From Candidatus Deferrimicrobium sp. (GTDB lineage: Bacteria; Desulfobacterota; Deferrimicrobia; Deferrimicrobiales; Deferrimicrobiaceae), in NCBI GenBank assembly GCA_049664185.1, contig JBATEU010000477.1, forward strand, positions 1 to 42,002: a stretch of 42,002 bases of DNA, given 5' to 3'. Position 1 is the first letter of the stretch. The number at the start of each line of letters is the position of its first letter. A program made the translations under genes and the position numbers. The notes below the pieces were generated by a model. It was not told where the DNA came from, did not search any database, and saw only the letters and a program-made list of their open reading frames with translations. Positions 11,175 through 21,384 of this stretch are shown here, piece after piece.

Positions 11175-11955
11175 CGCCGCGTTCCGACGCCTCCGGGCGT
11201 CCGGGGAGAAAGGACTCGTGGTCTACCTGACCGCGGGAGACCCGACGCCGGCGGCATCCCTCCGGTATCTGCGGGGGGCGGCGGACGCCGGCGCCGACAT
11301 CATCGAGGTCGGCGTCCCCTTTTCGGATCCCACCGCGGACGGCCCCACGATCGAGGCGGCCTCGCGGCGGGCGCTGTCGTCGGGGATGAATGTCGCGGGG
11401 GCCCTCGAACTGGTGCGGAGATTCCGCCGCACGCACGCCACGCCGGTCGTTCTCTTCGGATATTGCAACCCGTTTCACCGGTACGGATGGCCCTCCCTGT
11501 GCGAGGATGCGCGCGAGGCGGGGGTCGACGGCTTCCTGGTGGTCGACCTGCCGTTCGAGGAGAGGGGAGAGGCGCTGCCGTCGATCCGGAAGGCCGGCCT
11601 CGACTGGATCCCGCTGGCGGCCCCCACGAGCGGGATGGCGCGGGTCCGGGCGGTCGACCGGGCGGGCTCCGGATTCCTCTACCTGATCTCCGTGACAGGG
11701 GTCACCGGGGTCCGGAAAACCCTCCCTCCCGAGATGGCGGCGTGGACCAGGCAGGTCGCGAAGGCGGCGCGGCTCCCGGTGGCCGTCGGATTCGGGATCT
11801 CCACCCCGGCGATGGCGGCGGCCGCCACCCGGCACGCCGACGCGGCGGTCGTGGGGAGCGCCTGCGTCAAGATCGTCGAAAGGAACGGCCGCGGTCCCGA
11901 GGGGCCCGCGGAGCTTTCCCGGTTCGTCCGATCCCTCAAAAAGGCACTGAGGTGA
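11161..11955 (+). CDS. trpA: Tryptophan synthase alpha chain
   Basis: [50 protein letters not shown]. The GTG start overlaps the trpB end by 14 nt. Confidence 0.93.
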   Translation: MTAIDAAFRRLRASGEKGLVVYLTAGDPTPAASLRYLRGAADAGADIIEVGVPFSDPTADGPTIEAASRRALSSGMNVAGALELVRRFRRTHATPVVLFGYCNPFHRYGWPSLCEDAREAGVDGFLVVDLPFEERGEALPSIRKAGLDWIPLAAPTSGMARVRAVDRAGSGFLYLISVTGVTGVRKTLPPEMAAWTRQVAKAARLPVAVGFGISTPAMAAAATRHADAAVVGSACVKIVERNGRGPEGPAELSRFVRSLKKALR

Positions 11956-11956
11956 C

Positions 11957-12811
11957 ATGGCCATGGCGATTCGACTCTTCCGGAAAAAGGATGAAAGCGA
12001 CAGGAAGATCAAGATCCCCGAGGGGATGTGGATCAAGTGCGACGCCTGCCTCGAGATCATCTACAAACCCGAGGTGGAACGGAACCTGAACGTCTGCCCC
12101 AAATGCGTCTACCACTTCCGGATTCCCGCCCGGGAGAGGATCCGCGCCGTGATCGACGAGGGGACGTTCGTCGAGTTCGGCGAGGAGATGGAGTCGGTGG
12201 ACGTCCTCAATTTCACGGATACGAAGAAGTACGTCGATCGGTTGAAGGAGGCGAAGAAAAAGACGGGGCGCAAGGAAGCGGTCATCACGGGGAGGGGGAA
12301 GATCCAGGGGGTGGAGGTGGCCCTCGCGGTGCTCGATTTCGAGTTCCAGGGCGGCTCGATGGGAAGCGTCGTCGGGGAAAAGATCGCCATCACGGCCGAG
12401 GTCGCCCTCGAATCCCGCCTCCCTCTCATCATCTTCAGCGCTTCCGGAGGGGCGCGCATGCAGGAGGGGACCCTCTCGCTGATGCAGATGGCGAAGACGA
12501 GCGCCGCGCTCGCGCGACTCTCCGACGCCCGCCTTCCCTTCATCAGCGTGCTGACCGATCCCACCACCGGCGGGGTGGCGGCGAGCTTCGCGATGCTTGG
12601 GGACGTCATCATCTCCGAGCCGGGGGCGCTGGTCGGGTTCGCCGGGCCGCGGGTGATCGAGCAGACGATCCAGCAGAAACTGCCGGAAGGATTCCAGCGC
12701 GCCGAGTTCCTCCTCGAACACGGGATGGTGGACATGATCGTGGAACGCAGCCGCCTCAAGGCGACGCTTTCGCTGATCCTGCGGTACCTGTCGGGATCCG
12801 GGGATCGATGA
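11957..12811 (+). CDS. accD: Acetyl-CoA carboxylase carboxyltransferase subunit beta
   Basis: Zn-ribbon [23 protein letters not shown], followed by a carboxyltransferase core ([21 protein letters not shown]). Confidence 0.93.
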   Translation: MAMAIRLFRKKDESDRKIKIPEGMWIKCDACLEIIYKPEVERNLNVCPKCVYHFRIPARERIRAVIDEGTFVEFGEEMESVDVLNFTDTKKYVDRLKEAKKKTGRKEAVITGRGKIQGVEVALAVLDFEFQGGSMGSVVGEKIAITAEVALESRLPLIIFSASGGARMQEGTLSLMQMAKTSAALARLSDARLPFISVLTDPTTGGVAASFAMLGDVIISEPGALVGFAGPRVIEQTIQQKLPEGFQRAEFLLEHGMVDMIVERSRLKATLSLILRYLSGSGDR

Positions 12812-14091
12812 TCGGGGGAACCGGACCTTCCGGCCCGGAAAACGTCCGCCCGGGGCTCTCCCGGATCGTGTCGGCGTTTTCCCGATCCGGGCACCCGGAG
12901 AAGGCGTTCCGTACCCTCCATGTCGCGGGGACCAACGGCAAGGGGTCCACCGCCTATGTCGCGTACGACGTCCTGCGCCGGTTGCCGCTGGGCCCCATCG
13001 GCCTGTACACCTCCCCCCACCTTGTCGCGCCGGAAGAGCGTGTCCGCATCGACGGGAAGACGATCTCCCCACGCGCGCTTCGCGACGGCTTCAGCAAAGC
13101 GGGCCGTCTCTCCCCCGCCGGGGATCCGCTGACCTGGTTCGAGAAGATGACCTGGTCCGCCACCGACTGGTTCCGCCGAAAGGGCGTCCGGATCGCGGTC
13201 ATGGAGGCCGGGCTCGGAGGACGATGGGACGCGACCAGCGCGTGCCGCCCGGCGGTTTCGGTCATCACGACCGTCGGATACGACCATCGGGAGTGGCTCG
13301 GGAAGACGCTGGCGAGGATCGCAGCGGAAAAAGCGGGGATCCTTCGCGGTGGCGTGCCGCTCGTCACCGGTCGGCTCCGGCCTGCCGCCCGCGCCGTCGT
13401 CCTGCGTCGCGCCCGGCGGCTCGGGTGCGACGCCTGGGAACTCGGCCGTACCTTCGACTGGAAAGAGCGTCGTGACGGAACGATTTCGGTGTCCCTTCCC
13501 GGGCTCGATCTCGACCGGCTGCGGGTCGGGATGATCGGCGGGTTCCAGCGCGACAACGCCGCCGTTGCGCTGGCCGCCTCGTGGCTCCTCGCCTCCGGCG
13601 AAGGGATCGGGACCGCCGCCTTCGCCGCGGCGGCAAGGAAGGCGCTCCCGCACTCGCGATGGCCCGGCCGATGGTGCCCCATCCCGCTCCGGAAGAACGC
13701 CGGGGGGTGGGTCGACGGGGGGCACAACCCGGAGGCGGCGTCCGCGCTGGCGTTGGAGATCTCGGGGGCCCCCCCCTGGGGCGAGGGGAGACGGCTGGTC
13801 GCCCTGTGGAGCATGCTCTCCGACAAGGACGCCTCGGGGTACCTGCGGAATCTCGGACGACACTTCGACGGGATCGTGACGTATCCGCTCTCGCACCCGC
13901 GCGGTGCGGAAAGGGGATCGCTCGCGGAAGCCTGCGCGAAACAGGGGATCGCCTGCCGCCTCGCGGGAGATTTTCCGGAAGGTTGGCGGATAGCGCGCCG
14001 GTGGGCCGGGAGGGGGGGCGTCGTGCTCGTGTGCGGGTCGCTCGCCGCCGCCGGGGACGCCTACCGGCACCGCGTCGGTTTCGTGGCGTGA
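12808..14091 (+). CDS. folC: Bifunctional folylpolyglutamate synthase / dihydrofolate synthase
   Basis: The ATG at 12808 overlaps the accD stop (ATGA). P-loop [11 protein letters not shown], then YTSPHLV...[15 protein letters not shown], and the Mur-ligase-like C-terminus DGGHNPEA. accD-folC is a classic linkage. ORF 12028..14091 is an N-terminal shadow extension. Confidence 0.88.
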   Translation: MIGGTGPSGPENVRPGLSRIVSAFSRSGHPEKAFRTLHVAGTNGKGSTAYVAYDVLRRLPLGPIGLYTSPHLVAPEERVRIDGKTISPRALRDGFSKAGRLSPAGDPLTWFEKMTWSATDWFRRKGVRIAVMEAGLGGRWDATSACRPAVSVITTVGYDHREWLGKTLARIAAEKAGILRGGVPLVTGRLRPAARAVVLRRARRLGCDAWELGRTFDWKERRDGTISVSLPGLDLDRLRVGMIGGFQRDNAAVALAASWLLASGEGIGTAAFAAAARKALPHSRWPGRWCPIPLRKNAGGWVDGGHNPEAASALALEISGAPPWGEGRRLVALWSMLSDKDASGYLRNLGRHFDGIVTYPLSHPRGAERGSLAEACAKQGIACRLAGDFPEGWRIARRWAGRGGVVLVCGSLAAAGDAYRHRVGFVA

Positions 14092-16238
14092 TCCGGGCCC
14101 GTCGCGTACTCATCGTGATCCTGCTGACCGTCGCGGGCGTCGCAGGCGCCTCCGCAGAGGTCCGGCTTCCCCTTCCCCCCGCCCTGAAGGAGCTCTCGAA
14201 ACAGGGGATCCGCCTTGACGCTCCCGTTCACATGACCGCCGACACGCTCTCGTACGACGAGGACACCGGGGTCGCCGTGGCGGAGGGGAACGTCGAACTG
14301 GTGTTGGGAACCCGGACGATGCGCGCCGACCGGATCCGGTACGATTCGACGACGGGGGAGGCGGACCTGTCCGGAAAGGTGCGGTACAAGGACGCGGACG
14401 AGGAGTTCGCGTTCGACCGGATCACGATCAACCTCGACTCCGAGACCGGAGTCCTCTACAACGGCACCATCCGGATCAGCAGCAACAACTACCTCATCTC
14501 GAGCGGGAAGATCGAGAAGACCGGGAAGAATTCGTTCCTGATCGAAAAGGGGATGCTGACCACGTGCCCGTGCGACCCCGAGCCGGACTGGAAGTTCGAG
14601 GTGCGCCGGGCCAGGGTCACCCTCGACCAGTACGCGATCGGCAAGGACATCACGTTTCGCATCCGGGGAGTTCCCGTCCTGTGGCTGCCGTGGGGGGCGT
14701 TTCCCGTCAAGATGACGCGGCAGAGCGGACTCCTGATGCCGAACTTCTCCTCCAACCGGTCCCGGGGATACGCGCTGCAGGTGCCGTACTACCAGGTGAT
14801 CAACCGTTGGAGCGACGCCACCGTGACGCTCGATGCGATGAGCCGCCGCGGATACCGTCCGGAAGCCGAGTACCGGTTCGTCCTGAATCCGGAATCGGAG
14901 GGGGAGATCCGCGCGACGATGTTCCGGGACCGCGCCGACCACCGGAACCGGGCCCGCTATTACGGGGAAAACGTTTACCGTTCCGGACCGTTCACCGCGA
15001 ACGCGAGCCTGGAAGTGCCGACCGATCCCAGGTATTACCTCGACCTGGTCGACAATAGCGCGCTCCTGGCGGCGCGCCACGCCCGCTCGGAAGGGTTCGT
15101 GTCCGCCGCGGGAGCGAACACCGAACACGCGGTCTCGATCCAGTGGAACAAGGACCTTCAGGAGATCCCCGGACCGGATAACACGGCGCAGCGGGTACCC
15201 GAGTACACGATGACGATTCTGCCCATGGGGATCCCGGCAACGGGAGTCGATCTTTCCGGGGAAATCACGGCAACCCGGTTCCAGCGCAGGGACGGATTCG
15301 ACGAAGTCCGCGCAAGGGGGTTCGGGGAGATTTCACGGGCGATTCCGCTCTATCGTTCCTTCACCCTGGTGCCGTACCTCTTCGCAGACGCTCTCGGGAG
15401 CCGGTTCGAGCGGTCTCCGGCAACCGGCACGTCCGACCTCGGACGCTTCGTGCCCGGCGGAGGCGCGACGCTCTCGGTGGATGCCCGAGGCGATTTCCCC
15501 GGGCGGGGTCTCGTCCACACCGCGGGGGTCTCGGCGGGTTATCGTTACGTACCGAAGATCCGCCAGGACGATCTTCCCGTCACCGACCGATGGTCGCGGC
15601 TGGCCCCCCAGAGCCAGTTTCTCTTCACGCTTTCACAGCGCATTCTCGGGGTGACCGGCGGTGCCGCGCCGAAGGAATACCTCTCGTTCCACATCGAGTG
15701 GGCTTATGATCTTGGGGGGAAAGAGACGTCGGGGAGCCCGTACGTCGATCCGCTCGCCCCCTACGTGCGGACGTTGAGGGACCAGGTCGACACGGGGTCG
15801 GCCCGTATCCCGAAGAAGAACGACGCCCCCTCGGACGTCTACGCGAAGGTCGAGTTGACCCCGATCGACCGGTGGCGGATCCAGGGCGAGGCGCTCTTCG
15901 ATCCGGTGGAGAACTCCTTCACGGTCGGCGCGGTCGGCGGAGAATACAGAAAAGACGAGGATCACCGGATCCTCGCCGAGTATCGTTTGTCCAGGGACCT
16001 CGCGGAAGACGTCCACGGGGCGTTCGCGTGGCCTCTTCTGCGCTGGCTCCATGTCCAGGCGCAGCTGAACTACTCCTTCAGGAACGGATTCCTCTCCGAA
16101 GGTGCCGTGGGGGTGTCGGTGTTTCCGCGAAGCGACTGCTGGAATGTAGGATTCTCCGTCGAACGGAAGACGCAGCCGGACGACACGAGCGTGAAGTTGT
16201 CGTTCGGTCTGAAGGGGATCGGTTCCATGGGGAAATGA
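14088..16238 (+). CDS. lptD: LPS-assembly outer membrane protein LptD (OstA family)
   Basis: The GTG at 14088 overlaps the folC stop (GTGA). Signal peptide RVLIVILLTVAGVAGASA|EV, an OstA N-terminal domain (ADTLSYDEDTGVAVAEGNVEL...RADRIRYD), then ...LTTCPCD...WLPWGAFPV...SGLLMPNF and a long beta-barrel region. Confidence 0.85.
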   Translation: MIRARRVLIVILLTVAGVAGASAEVRLPLPPALKELSKQGIRLDAPVHMTADTLSYDEDTGVAVAEGNVELVLGTRTMRADRIRYDSTTGEADLSGKVRYKDADEEFAFDRITINLDSETGVLYNGTIRISSNNYLISSGKIEKTGKNSFLIEKGMLTTCPCDPEPDWKFEVRRARVTLDQYAIGKDITFRIRGVPVLWLPWGAFPVKMTRQSGLLMPNFSSNRSRGYALQVPYYQVINRWSDATVTLDAMSRRGYRPEAEYRFVLNPESEGEIRATMFRDRADHRNRARYYGENVYRSGPFTANASLEVPTDPRYYLDLVDNSALLAARHARSEGFVSAAGANTEHAVSIQWNKDLQEIPGPDNTAQRVPEYTMTILPMGIPATGVDLSGEITATRFQRRDGFDEVRARGFGEISRAIPLYRSFTLVPYLFADALGSRFERSPATGTSDLGRFVPGGGATLSVDARGDFPGRGLVHTAGVSAGYRYVPKIRQDDLPVTDRWSRLAPQSQFLFTLSQRILGVTGGAAPKEYLSFHIEWAYDLGGKETSGSPYVDPLAPYVRTLRDQVDTGSARIPKKNDAPSDVYAKVELTPIDRWRIQGEALFDPVENSFTVGAVGGEYRKDEDHRILAEYRLSRDLAEDVHGAFAWPLLRWLHVQAQLNYSFRNGFLSEGAVGVSVFPRSDCWNVGFSVERKTQPDDTSVKLSFGLKGIGSMGK

Positions 16239-16279
16239 ACCGCCGGGGACGGACGATATCGAGGTCGGGGGGAGAAACG

Positions 16280-17218
16280 ATGAGGATCATGGTCACCGGG
16301 GGGGCGGGATTCATCGCCTCCCATGTCGCGCAGGCGTACGTCGAAGCGGGCCACGAGGTTCTCGTGCTGGACAATCTTTCCACCGGGAAGAAGAAGAATG
16401 TTCCCGAGGGAGCGCGTTTCGTCTTCGGGGAAGCGGGCTCGGAAACCGCGGTCGAGGCGGTCCGGGTTTTCCGGCCGGAAGTCCTCTGCCACCATGCGGC
16501 GCAAATCAACGTGCGCAAGTCCGTGGCCGATCCCGTCTTCGACGCGAAGGAGAACATCCTGAACACGCTCGTTCTTCTCGAGGCCGCGCGGGAGAACGGG
16601 GTACGGAAGGTGATCTTCGCCTCTTCGGGAGGCGCCGGGTACGGCGAGCAGGACTACTTCCCGGCGGACGAAAGGCACCCGCTGCGGCCCGTATCCCCCT
16701 ACGGTGTGGCGAAGGTATCCGTGGAGCTCTACCTCCATTACTACCGGGTCCAGTATGGGCTGGAATACACGGCGCTGCGGTACTCGAACGTCTACGGTCC
16801 CCGTCAGGATCCCCACGGGGAGGCGGGCGTGGTCGCCATCTTCTGCGAGCGGCTCCTTTCGGGGCAGACCGCCCTCGTCAACGGCGACGGACTGCAGACA
16901 CGCGATTACGTCTACGTGGGAGATGTCGTGCGCGCCAATCTCGAGGCGCTCTCCCGCGGGGACGGGCTCTCCATCAACATCGGCACCGGGACGGAGACCG
17001 ACGTGAACACCCTCTTCCGGACGCTGCGGAGCCTCTCCGGGAGCACCCAGGAAGAAATCCACGGGCCGGCGATGCCGGGGGAGCAGCGCCGGTCGGTGAT
17101 AGAAAACGGGATGGCCTTCAACGAGTTGGGATGGTATCCTGACGTCTCGTTGGACGAAGGGCTCGCCCTCACGCTGGCGTACTTCCGAGACAAGGTGACA
17201 TCCTCCGGAACCCGGTAG
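16280..17218 (+). CDS. NAD-dependent epimerase/dehydratase (UDP-glucose 4-epimerase-like SDR)
   Basis: [16 protein letters not shown] Rossmann motif, [19 protein letters not shown] (YxxxK). The ATG at 16280 has a GGGGGGAG RBS. An alternative ATG at 16235 overlaps the lptD stop. Confidence 0.85.
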   Translation: MRIMVTGGAGFIASHVAQAYVEAGHEVLVLDNLSTGKKKNVPEGARFVFGEAGSETAVEAVRVFRPEVLCHHAAQINVRKSVADPVFDAKENILNTLVLLEAARENGVRKVIFASSGGAGYGEQDYFPADERHPLRPVSPYGVAKVSVELYLHYYRVQYGLEYTALRYSNVYGPRQDPHGEAGVVAIFCERLLSGQTALVNGDGLQTRDYVYVGDVVRANLEALSRGDGLSINIGTGTETDVNTLFRTLRSLSGSTQEEIHGPAMPGEQRRSVIENGMAFNELGWYPDVSLDEGLALTLAYFRDKVTSSGTR

Positions 17219-17220
17219 AC

Positions 17221-19020
17221 ATGCGAATAGAGAACATCCGTAATTTTTCCATCATCGCCCACATCGACCACGGGAAGTCCACCCTGGCCGACCGGCTCCT
17301 CGAGATCACCGGCACCCTTTCGGACCGGGAGAAGGTCGACCAGTTCCTGGACAAGATGGACCTCGAAAGGGAGCGCGGGATCACGATCAAGGCCCAGACC
17401 GTCCGGATGAGCCATCGCGCGGAGGACGGGAAGGAATACATCCTCAACCTCATCGACACCCCCGGTCACGTGGACTTCTCGTACGAGGTCTCCCGCAGCC
17501 TGAGCGCCTGCGAGGGAGCGATCCTCGTCGTGGATGCGTCCCAGGGCGTCGAGGCCCAGACGCTGGCCAACGTCTACATGGCCCTCGACCTGAATCTCGA
17601 GGTCATCCCCGTCCTGAACAAGATCGATCTCCCGAACGCGGAGACCGAACGGGTTCGGCGTGAGATCGAGGACGTCATCGGACTCGACACCTCCGGGATC
17701 CTCGCGGTCAGCGCGAAGAAGGGGACGGGCGTCCCCGAATTGCTCGAAAGGGTGATCCGGATGATCCCCCCGCCCGAGGGGAACCCGGAGGCGCCGACAA
17801 AGGCGCTGATCATCGATTCCTGGTTCGACAACTACGCCGGCGTGGTCGTTCTCGCCCGGGTTCTGGACGGTGCCATCCGGGCCGGTCAGCGGGTCACCTT
17901 CATGGCGACGGGGAATTCGTTCGAGGTGCAGAAGGTCGGCGTATTCTCTCCCCATCCGAAGGAACTGAAGACGCTGGGGACCGGGGAAGTCGGTTTCGTG
18001 ATCGCCAATATCAAGGAACTGACCGAGACGAAGGTGGGCGACACGATCACCGACACGCGCCATCCCGCCGCCAGTCCGCTCCCGGGGTTCAAGGTCGTCC
18101 GCCCGATGGTGTTCGCGGGGGTATATCCGCTCGCCTCCGACCAGTACCCCCAGCTGCGGACGGCGATCGACAAGCTCCGGCTGAACGACTCCTCGTTCAC
18201 CGCGGAGCCGGAAAGCTCCGTGGCGCTGGGATTCGGCTTCCGGTGCGGATTTCTCGGTCTGCTTCACATGGAGATCGTCCAGGAGCGCCTGGAACGCGAA
18301 TACAGCGTGGAGCTGATCACGACGGCGCCCACCGTCGGGTACCGCGCGGTGAAGATCGACGGCACGATCCTCGAGGTCGACAGCCCCGCACGGCTCCCGG
18401 AACCGTTGGAGCTGGACCATATCGAGGAGCCGATCATCCACGCGACGATCCACCTGCCTGCGGAATACCTGGGGAACGTCCTCAAGCTGTGCGAGGATCG
18501 GCGGGGTGTGCAGCGGCAGATGAAATTCGTCTCGGCGGCGCGGGTCATCCTGGAGTACGAGCTGCCGCTGAACGAGATCGTCCTCGATTTCTACGACAAG
18601 CTCAAGACCGCCTCCCGCGGGTACGCCTCGATGGATTACGACTTTCTCCGCTTCCAGGAGTCGAACCTGGTCCGGCTCGACATCCTGCTCAACGGGGACA
18701 TGGTGGACGCCCTGTCGCTCATCGTGCACCGGGACAACGCCTACCCGAAGGGGAAGGACGTCACGGAGCGCCTGCGGAAGTTGATCCCCCGCCAGATGTT
18801 CGAGGTGGCCATCCAGGCGGCGATCGGCGGCAAGATCATCGCCCGGGAGTCGGTCAAGGCGATCCGGAAGAACGTCATCGCGAAATGCTACGGCGGCGAC
18901 ATCTCGAGAAAGCGGAAGCTCCTGGAGAAGCAGAAGGAAGGGAAGAAGCGGATGAAGCAGGTCGGCTCCGTCGAGATCCCCCAGGAGGCGTTCCTCTCCA
19001 TCCTCAAGGTCAAGGAGTGA
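17221..19020 (+). CDS. lepA: Translation elongation factor 4
   Basis: [38 protein letters not shown], and the C-terminal LepA-specific region (...[25 protein letters not shown]). Confidence 0.96.
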   Translation: MRIENIRNFSIIAHIDHGKSTLADRLLEITGTLSDREKVDQFLDKMDLERERGITIKAQTVRMSHRAEDGKEYILNLIDTPGHVDFSYEVSRSLSACEGAILVVDASQGVEAQTLANVYMALDLNLEVIPVLNKIDLPNAETERVRREIEDVIGLDTSGILAVSAKKGTGVPELLERVIRMIPPPEGNPEAPTKALIIDSWFDNYAGVVVLARVLDGAIRAGQRVTFMATGNSFEVQKVGVFSPHPKELKTLGTGEVGFVIANIKELTETKVGDTITDTRHPAASPLPGFKVVRPMVFAGVYPLASDQYPQLRTAIDKLRLNDSSFTAEPESSVALGFGFRCGFLGLLHMEIVQERLEREYSVELITTAPTVGYRAVKIDGTILEVDSPARLPEPLELDHIEEPIIHATIHLPAEYLGNVLKLCEDRRGVQRQMKFVSAARVILEYELPLNEIVLDFYDKLKTASRGYASMDYDFLRFQESNLVRLDILLNGDMVDALSLIVHRDNAYPKGKDVTERLRKLIPRQMFEVAIQAAIGGKIIARESVKAIRKNVIAKCYGGDISRKRKLLEKQKEGKKRMKQVGSVEIPQEAFLSILKVKE

Positions 19021-19021
19021 A

Positions 19022-19693
19022 ATGATGGCGGAACTCGGGATGCGCGCAACGGGATCGCGGAAGGGGAAGGTCCGGGAGTACGCCGAGGCGTTCGGCGTCG
19101 CGATGATCATCGCCCTGATCGTCCGCACCCTCCTGCTGCAGGCGTTCAAGATCCCGTCGGGCTCCATGGAGAACACTCTCCTCGTCGGGGACCACATCTT
19201 CGTCAACAAGTTCGTCTACGGGTACCACGTTCCGTACACGAAAGGGCGGATCCTCGCCTTCACCACGCCGAAGCGCGGGGATATCGTCGTCTTCGTCTTT
19301 CCCGAGGACCCGAGCAAGGATTTCATCAAGCGTGTCATCGGGACTCCGGGGGACGTCGTGGAGGTCCGGCAGAAGACGGTTTACATCAACGGCGCCCCTC
19401 TCGTGGAGGGGTACACGCGGTTCGCGGACGGGAAAAAGACCGACGCATTCATCCGCGGCAGAGACAGCATGCCCCCCGTGCGGGTGCCCGCCGGAAAGCT
19501 CTTCATGATGGGGGACAACCGCGACCGGTCGTACGACTCCCGGTTCTGGGGGTTCGTCGACATGGACGCCGTCATCGGCAAGGCGCTGTTCATCTACTTT
19601 TCCATCGACTGGAATCGCGGCATCGGATGGGCGGACGTGGGGCGCTACCCCGAACTCGTCCGATGGGACCGGATCGGACGGGTATTGAATTGA
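19022..19693 (+). CDS. lepB: Signal peptidase I
   Basis: TM segment, catalytic-serine box IPSGSMENTL, KRVIGTPGD, GDNRDRSYDSRFWG. Sits immediately downstream of lepA, the classic lepAB pair. Confidence 0.93.
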   Translation: MMAELGMRATGSRKGKVREYAEAFGVAMIIALIVRTLLLQAFKIPSGSMENTLLVGDHIFVNKFVYGYHVPYTKGRILAFTTPKRGDIVVFVFPEDPSKDFIKRVIGTPGDVVEVRQKTVYINGAPLVEGYTRFADGKKTDAFIRGRDSMPPVRVPAGKLFMMGDNRDRSYDSRFWGFVDMDAVIGKALFIYFSIDWNRGIGWADVGRYPELVRWDRIGRVLN

Positions 19694-19715
19694 CGCTCCG
19701 CCCCTCCCTTTGACG

Positions 19716-19744
19716 TTGACTCGGCAGGGGGATAAGGGTAGTAT
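19716..19744 (+). promoter_or_regulatory. Predicted sigma70-type promoter of the pyr operon
   Basis: TTGACT (19716-19721), a 17-nt spacer, then TAGTAT (19739-19744), just upstream of the PyrR-binding leader. Confidence 0.55.
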
Positions 19745-19753
19745 CGCGAGTGG

Positions 19754-19786
19754 CCTTTTAAGCTAATCCCGTGAGGTTAGCAAAGG
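19754..19786 (+). promoter_or_regulatory. PyrR-binding RNA hairpin (anti-antiterminator) in the pyr leader
   Basis: CCUUUUAAG-CUAA-UCCCGUGAGG-UUAG-CAAAGG. A lower stem CCUUU/AAAGG, an upper stem GCUAA/UUAGC, and a loop UCCNGNGAGG resembling the conserved PyrR recognition loop (UCCAGAGAGG in Bacillus). Confidence 0.7.
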
Positions 19787-19811
19787 ATGAAAAGTTGCCG
19801 ATCACGACAGT

Positions 19812-19845
19812 GCCTCTCCGCGACGACGGAGAGGCATTTTTTTTC
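19812..19845 (+). terminator. Intrinsic terminator / attenuator upstream of pyrR
   Basis: GCCTCTCCG (19812-19820), loop CGACGAC, CGGAGAGGC (19828-19836), then A followed by a run of eight T (19838-19845). Located 42 nt upstream of the pyrR ATG. Confidence 0.8.
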
Positions 19846-19887
19846 GCCCGACGCCGGCACACCGGCCGGGGCACGGGGGCCGACCCG

Positions 19888-20448
19888 ATGAAGAAAGCCG
19901 GAATGAAGACTCTCATGGACGGCAAAGGCGTGGATCGCGTCCTTTCCCGTCTGACCCACGAGATCATCGAGAAGAACAAGGGGGCGGGGCAGATCGTCCT
20001 CGTCGGGATTGCCTCTGGGGGGATCCCCCTTTCCCAGGTGATCCGGCGGAAGATCCAGGTGATCGAGGGGGTGGACGTCCCCACGGGGTTCGTCGACATC
20101 ACCCTCTACCGGGACGACCTGGCCCGCGCGGGATACCAGACGCGCATGAAGCGGACGGAGATCCCGTTCTCCATCGACGACAAGAAGGTGATCCTGGTCG
20201 ACGACGTCCTTTACACAGGCAGGACGATCCGTGCGGCCATGGACGCGCTGATCGACTTCGGTCGCCCTCGCAACATCCAGCTGGCGGTCCTCATCGACCG
20301 GGGGCATCGGGAACTCCCCATACGCGCCGACTTCGTCGGGCGAAACGTCCCAACGTCCCGGTCGGAGACCGTCCTTGTGCGAGTGGAGGGGACACCGGAG
20401 GAATGGACCGTGGTCCTCAGGGAAGATGCATCCGGGAAGGGGGAATAG
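19888..20448 (+). CDS. pyrR: Bifunctional pyrimidine operon regulator / uracil phosphoribosyltransferase PyrR
   Basis: [40 protein letters not shown] motif [31 protein letters not shown]. The start is ATG 19888 or ATG 19903. ORF 19771 would run through the terminator and is rejected. Confidence 0.9.
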   Translation: MKKAGMKTLMDGKGVDRVLSRLTHEIIEKNKGAGQIVLVGIASGGIPLSQVIRRKIQVIEGVDVPTGFVDITLYRDDLARAGYQTRMKRTEIPFSIDDKKVILVDDVLYTGRTIRAAMDALIDFGRPRNIQLAVLIDRGHRELPIRADFVGRNVPTSRSETVLVRVEGTPEEWTVVLREDASGKGE

Positions 20449-20451
20449 GTC

Positions 20452-21384
20452 ATGGAATGGCATCGCCGGCACGTCCTCGGGCTGTCCGACTTCCACCCGG
20501 AAGAGATGGAATTCGTCATCGACACCGCGCGGTCGATGGAGGAGGTTCTCACGCGCGACATCAAGAAGGTCCCGGCCCTGCGCGGGAAGACCGTGGTGAA
20601 CCTCTTCTTCGAGGCCAGCACGCGCACCCGAACCTCGTTCGAGATGGCCGGAAAGCGTCTCTCCGCCGACGTGGTGAACTTCAGCTCGGGCACCTCGAGC
20701 GTCACGAAGGGGGAGACGCTCCTCGACACGGCGCGGAACATCGAGGCGATGAAGCCCAACATCCTCGTTGTCCGGCACTCCGCATCGGGCGCGGCCCTCT
20801 TCCTGTCCCGCCACGTCTCCTGCTCGATCATCAACGCGGGGGACGGCGCGAACGAGCATCCCTCCCAGGGCCTGCTCGATCTCTACACGATCCTGAAGGT
20901 GAAGGGGAAGGTCGCCGGCCTCAAGGTCGCCATCGTGGGGGATATCCTCCACAGCCGTGTCGTCCGGTCGGACCTCCACTCCCTCGGGAGGATGGGCGCC
21001 AAGCTGTGGCTATGCGGACCTGCGCCCCTCGTTCCCCGGGAGATGGAGCGTACCGGGGCGGTCGTGACGAGCGACATTCGTGAAGCGGTCCGTGGGGCCG
21101 ATGTCATCATCATGTTGAGGATCCAGCTTGAGAGGCAAAAAACCGCCTATTTCCCGTCACTAAGGGAGTATTCCCGAATGTTTGGCTTGAATCGTGACGT
21201 CTTCTCCCTCGCAAAGGATGACGCGGTGATCATGCATCCGGGACCGATCAACCGGGGGGTGGAGCTGTCCGACGAACTGGCCGACTGCGATCGGTCCCTG
21301 GTGCTGCGGCAGGTCGAGTCCGGGGTAGCCGTCAGGATGGCGCTTCTCTACCTTCTCGCTGGAGGTTCCCATGTTGCTCATTAG
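20452..21384 (+). CDS. pyrB: Aspartate carbamoyltransferase catalytic subunit
   Basis: FFEASTRTRTSFE, HPSQGLLD, HPGPINRGVE. Confidence 0.95.
   Translation: MEWHRRHVLGLSDFHPEEMEFVIDTARSMEEVLTRDIKKVPALRGKTVVNLFFEASTRTRTSFEMAGKRLSADVVNFSSGTSSVTKGETLLDTARNIEAMKPNILVVRHSASGAALFLSRHVSCSIINAGDGANEHPSQGLLDLYTILKVKGKVAGLKVAIVGDILHSRVVRSDLHSLGRMGAKLWLCGPAPLVPREMERTGAVVTSDIREAVRGADVIIMLRIQLERQKTAYFPSLREYSRMFGLNRDVFSLAKDDAVIMHPGPINRGVELSDELADCDRSLVLRQVESGVAVRMALLYLLAGGSHVAH

Noticed and set aside
19771-19887. N-terminal extension of pyrR from the GTG at 19771.
   Set aside because: It would translate straight through the PyrR-binding hairpin and the terminator T-run (giving ...EAFFFARRR...). PyrR homology starts at [14 protein letters not shown].
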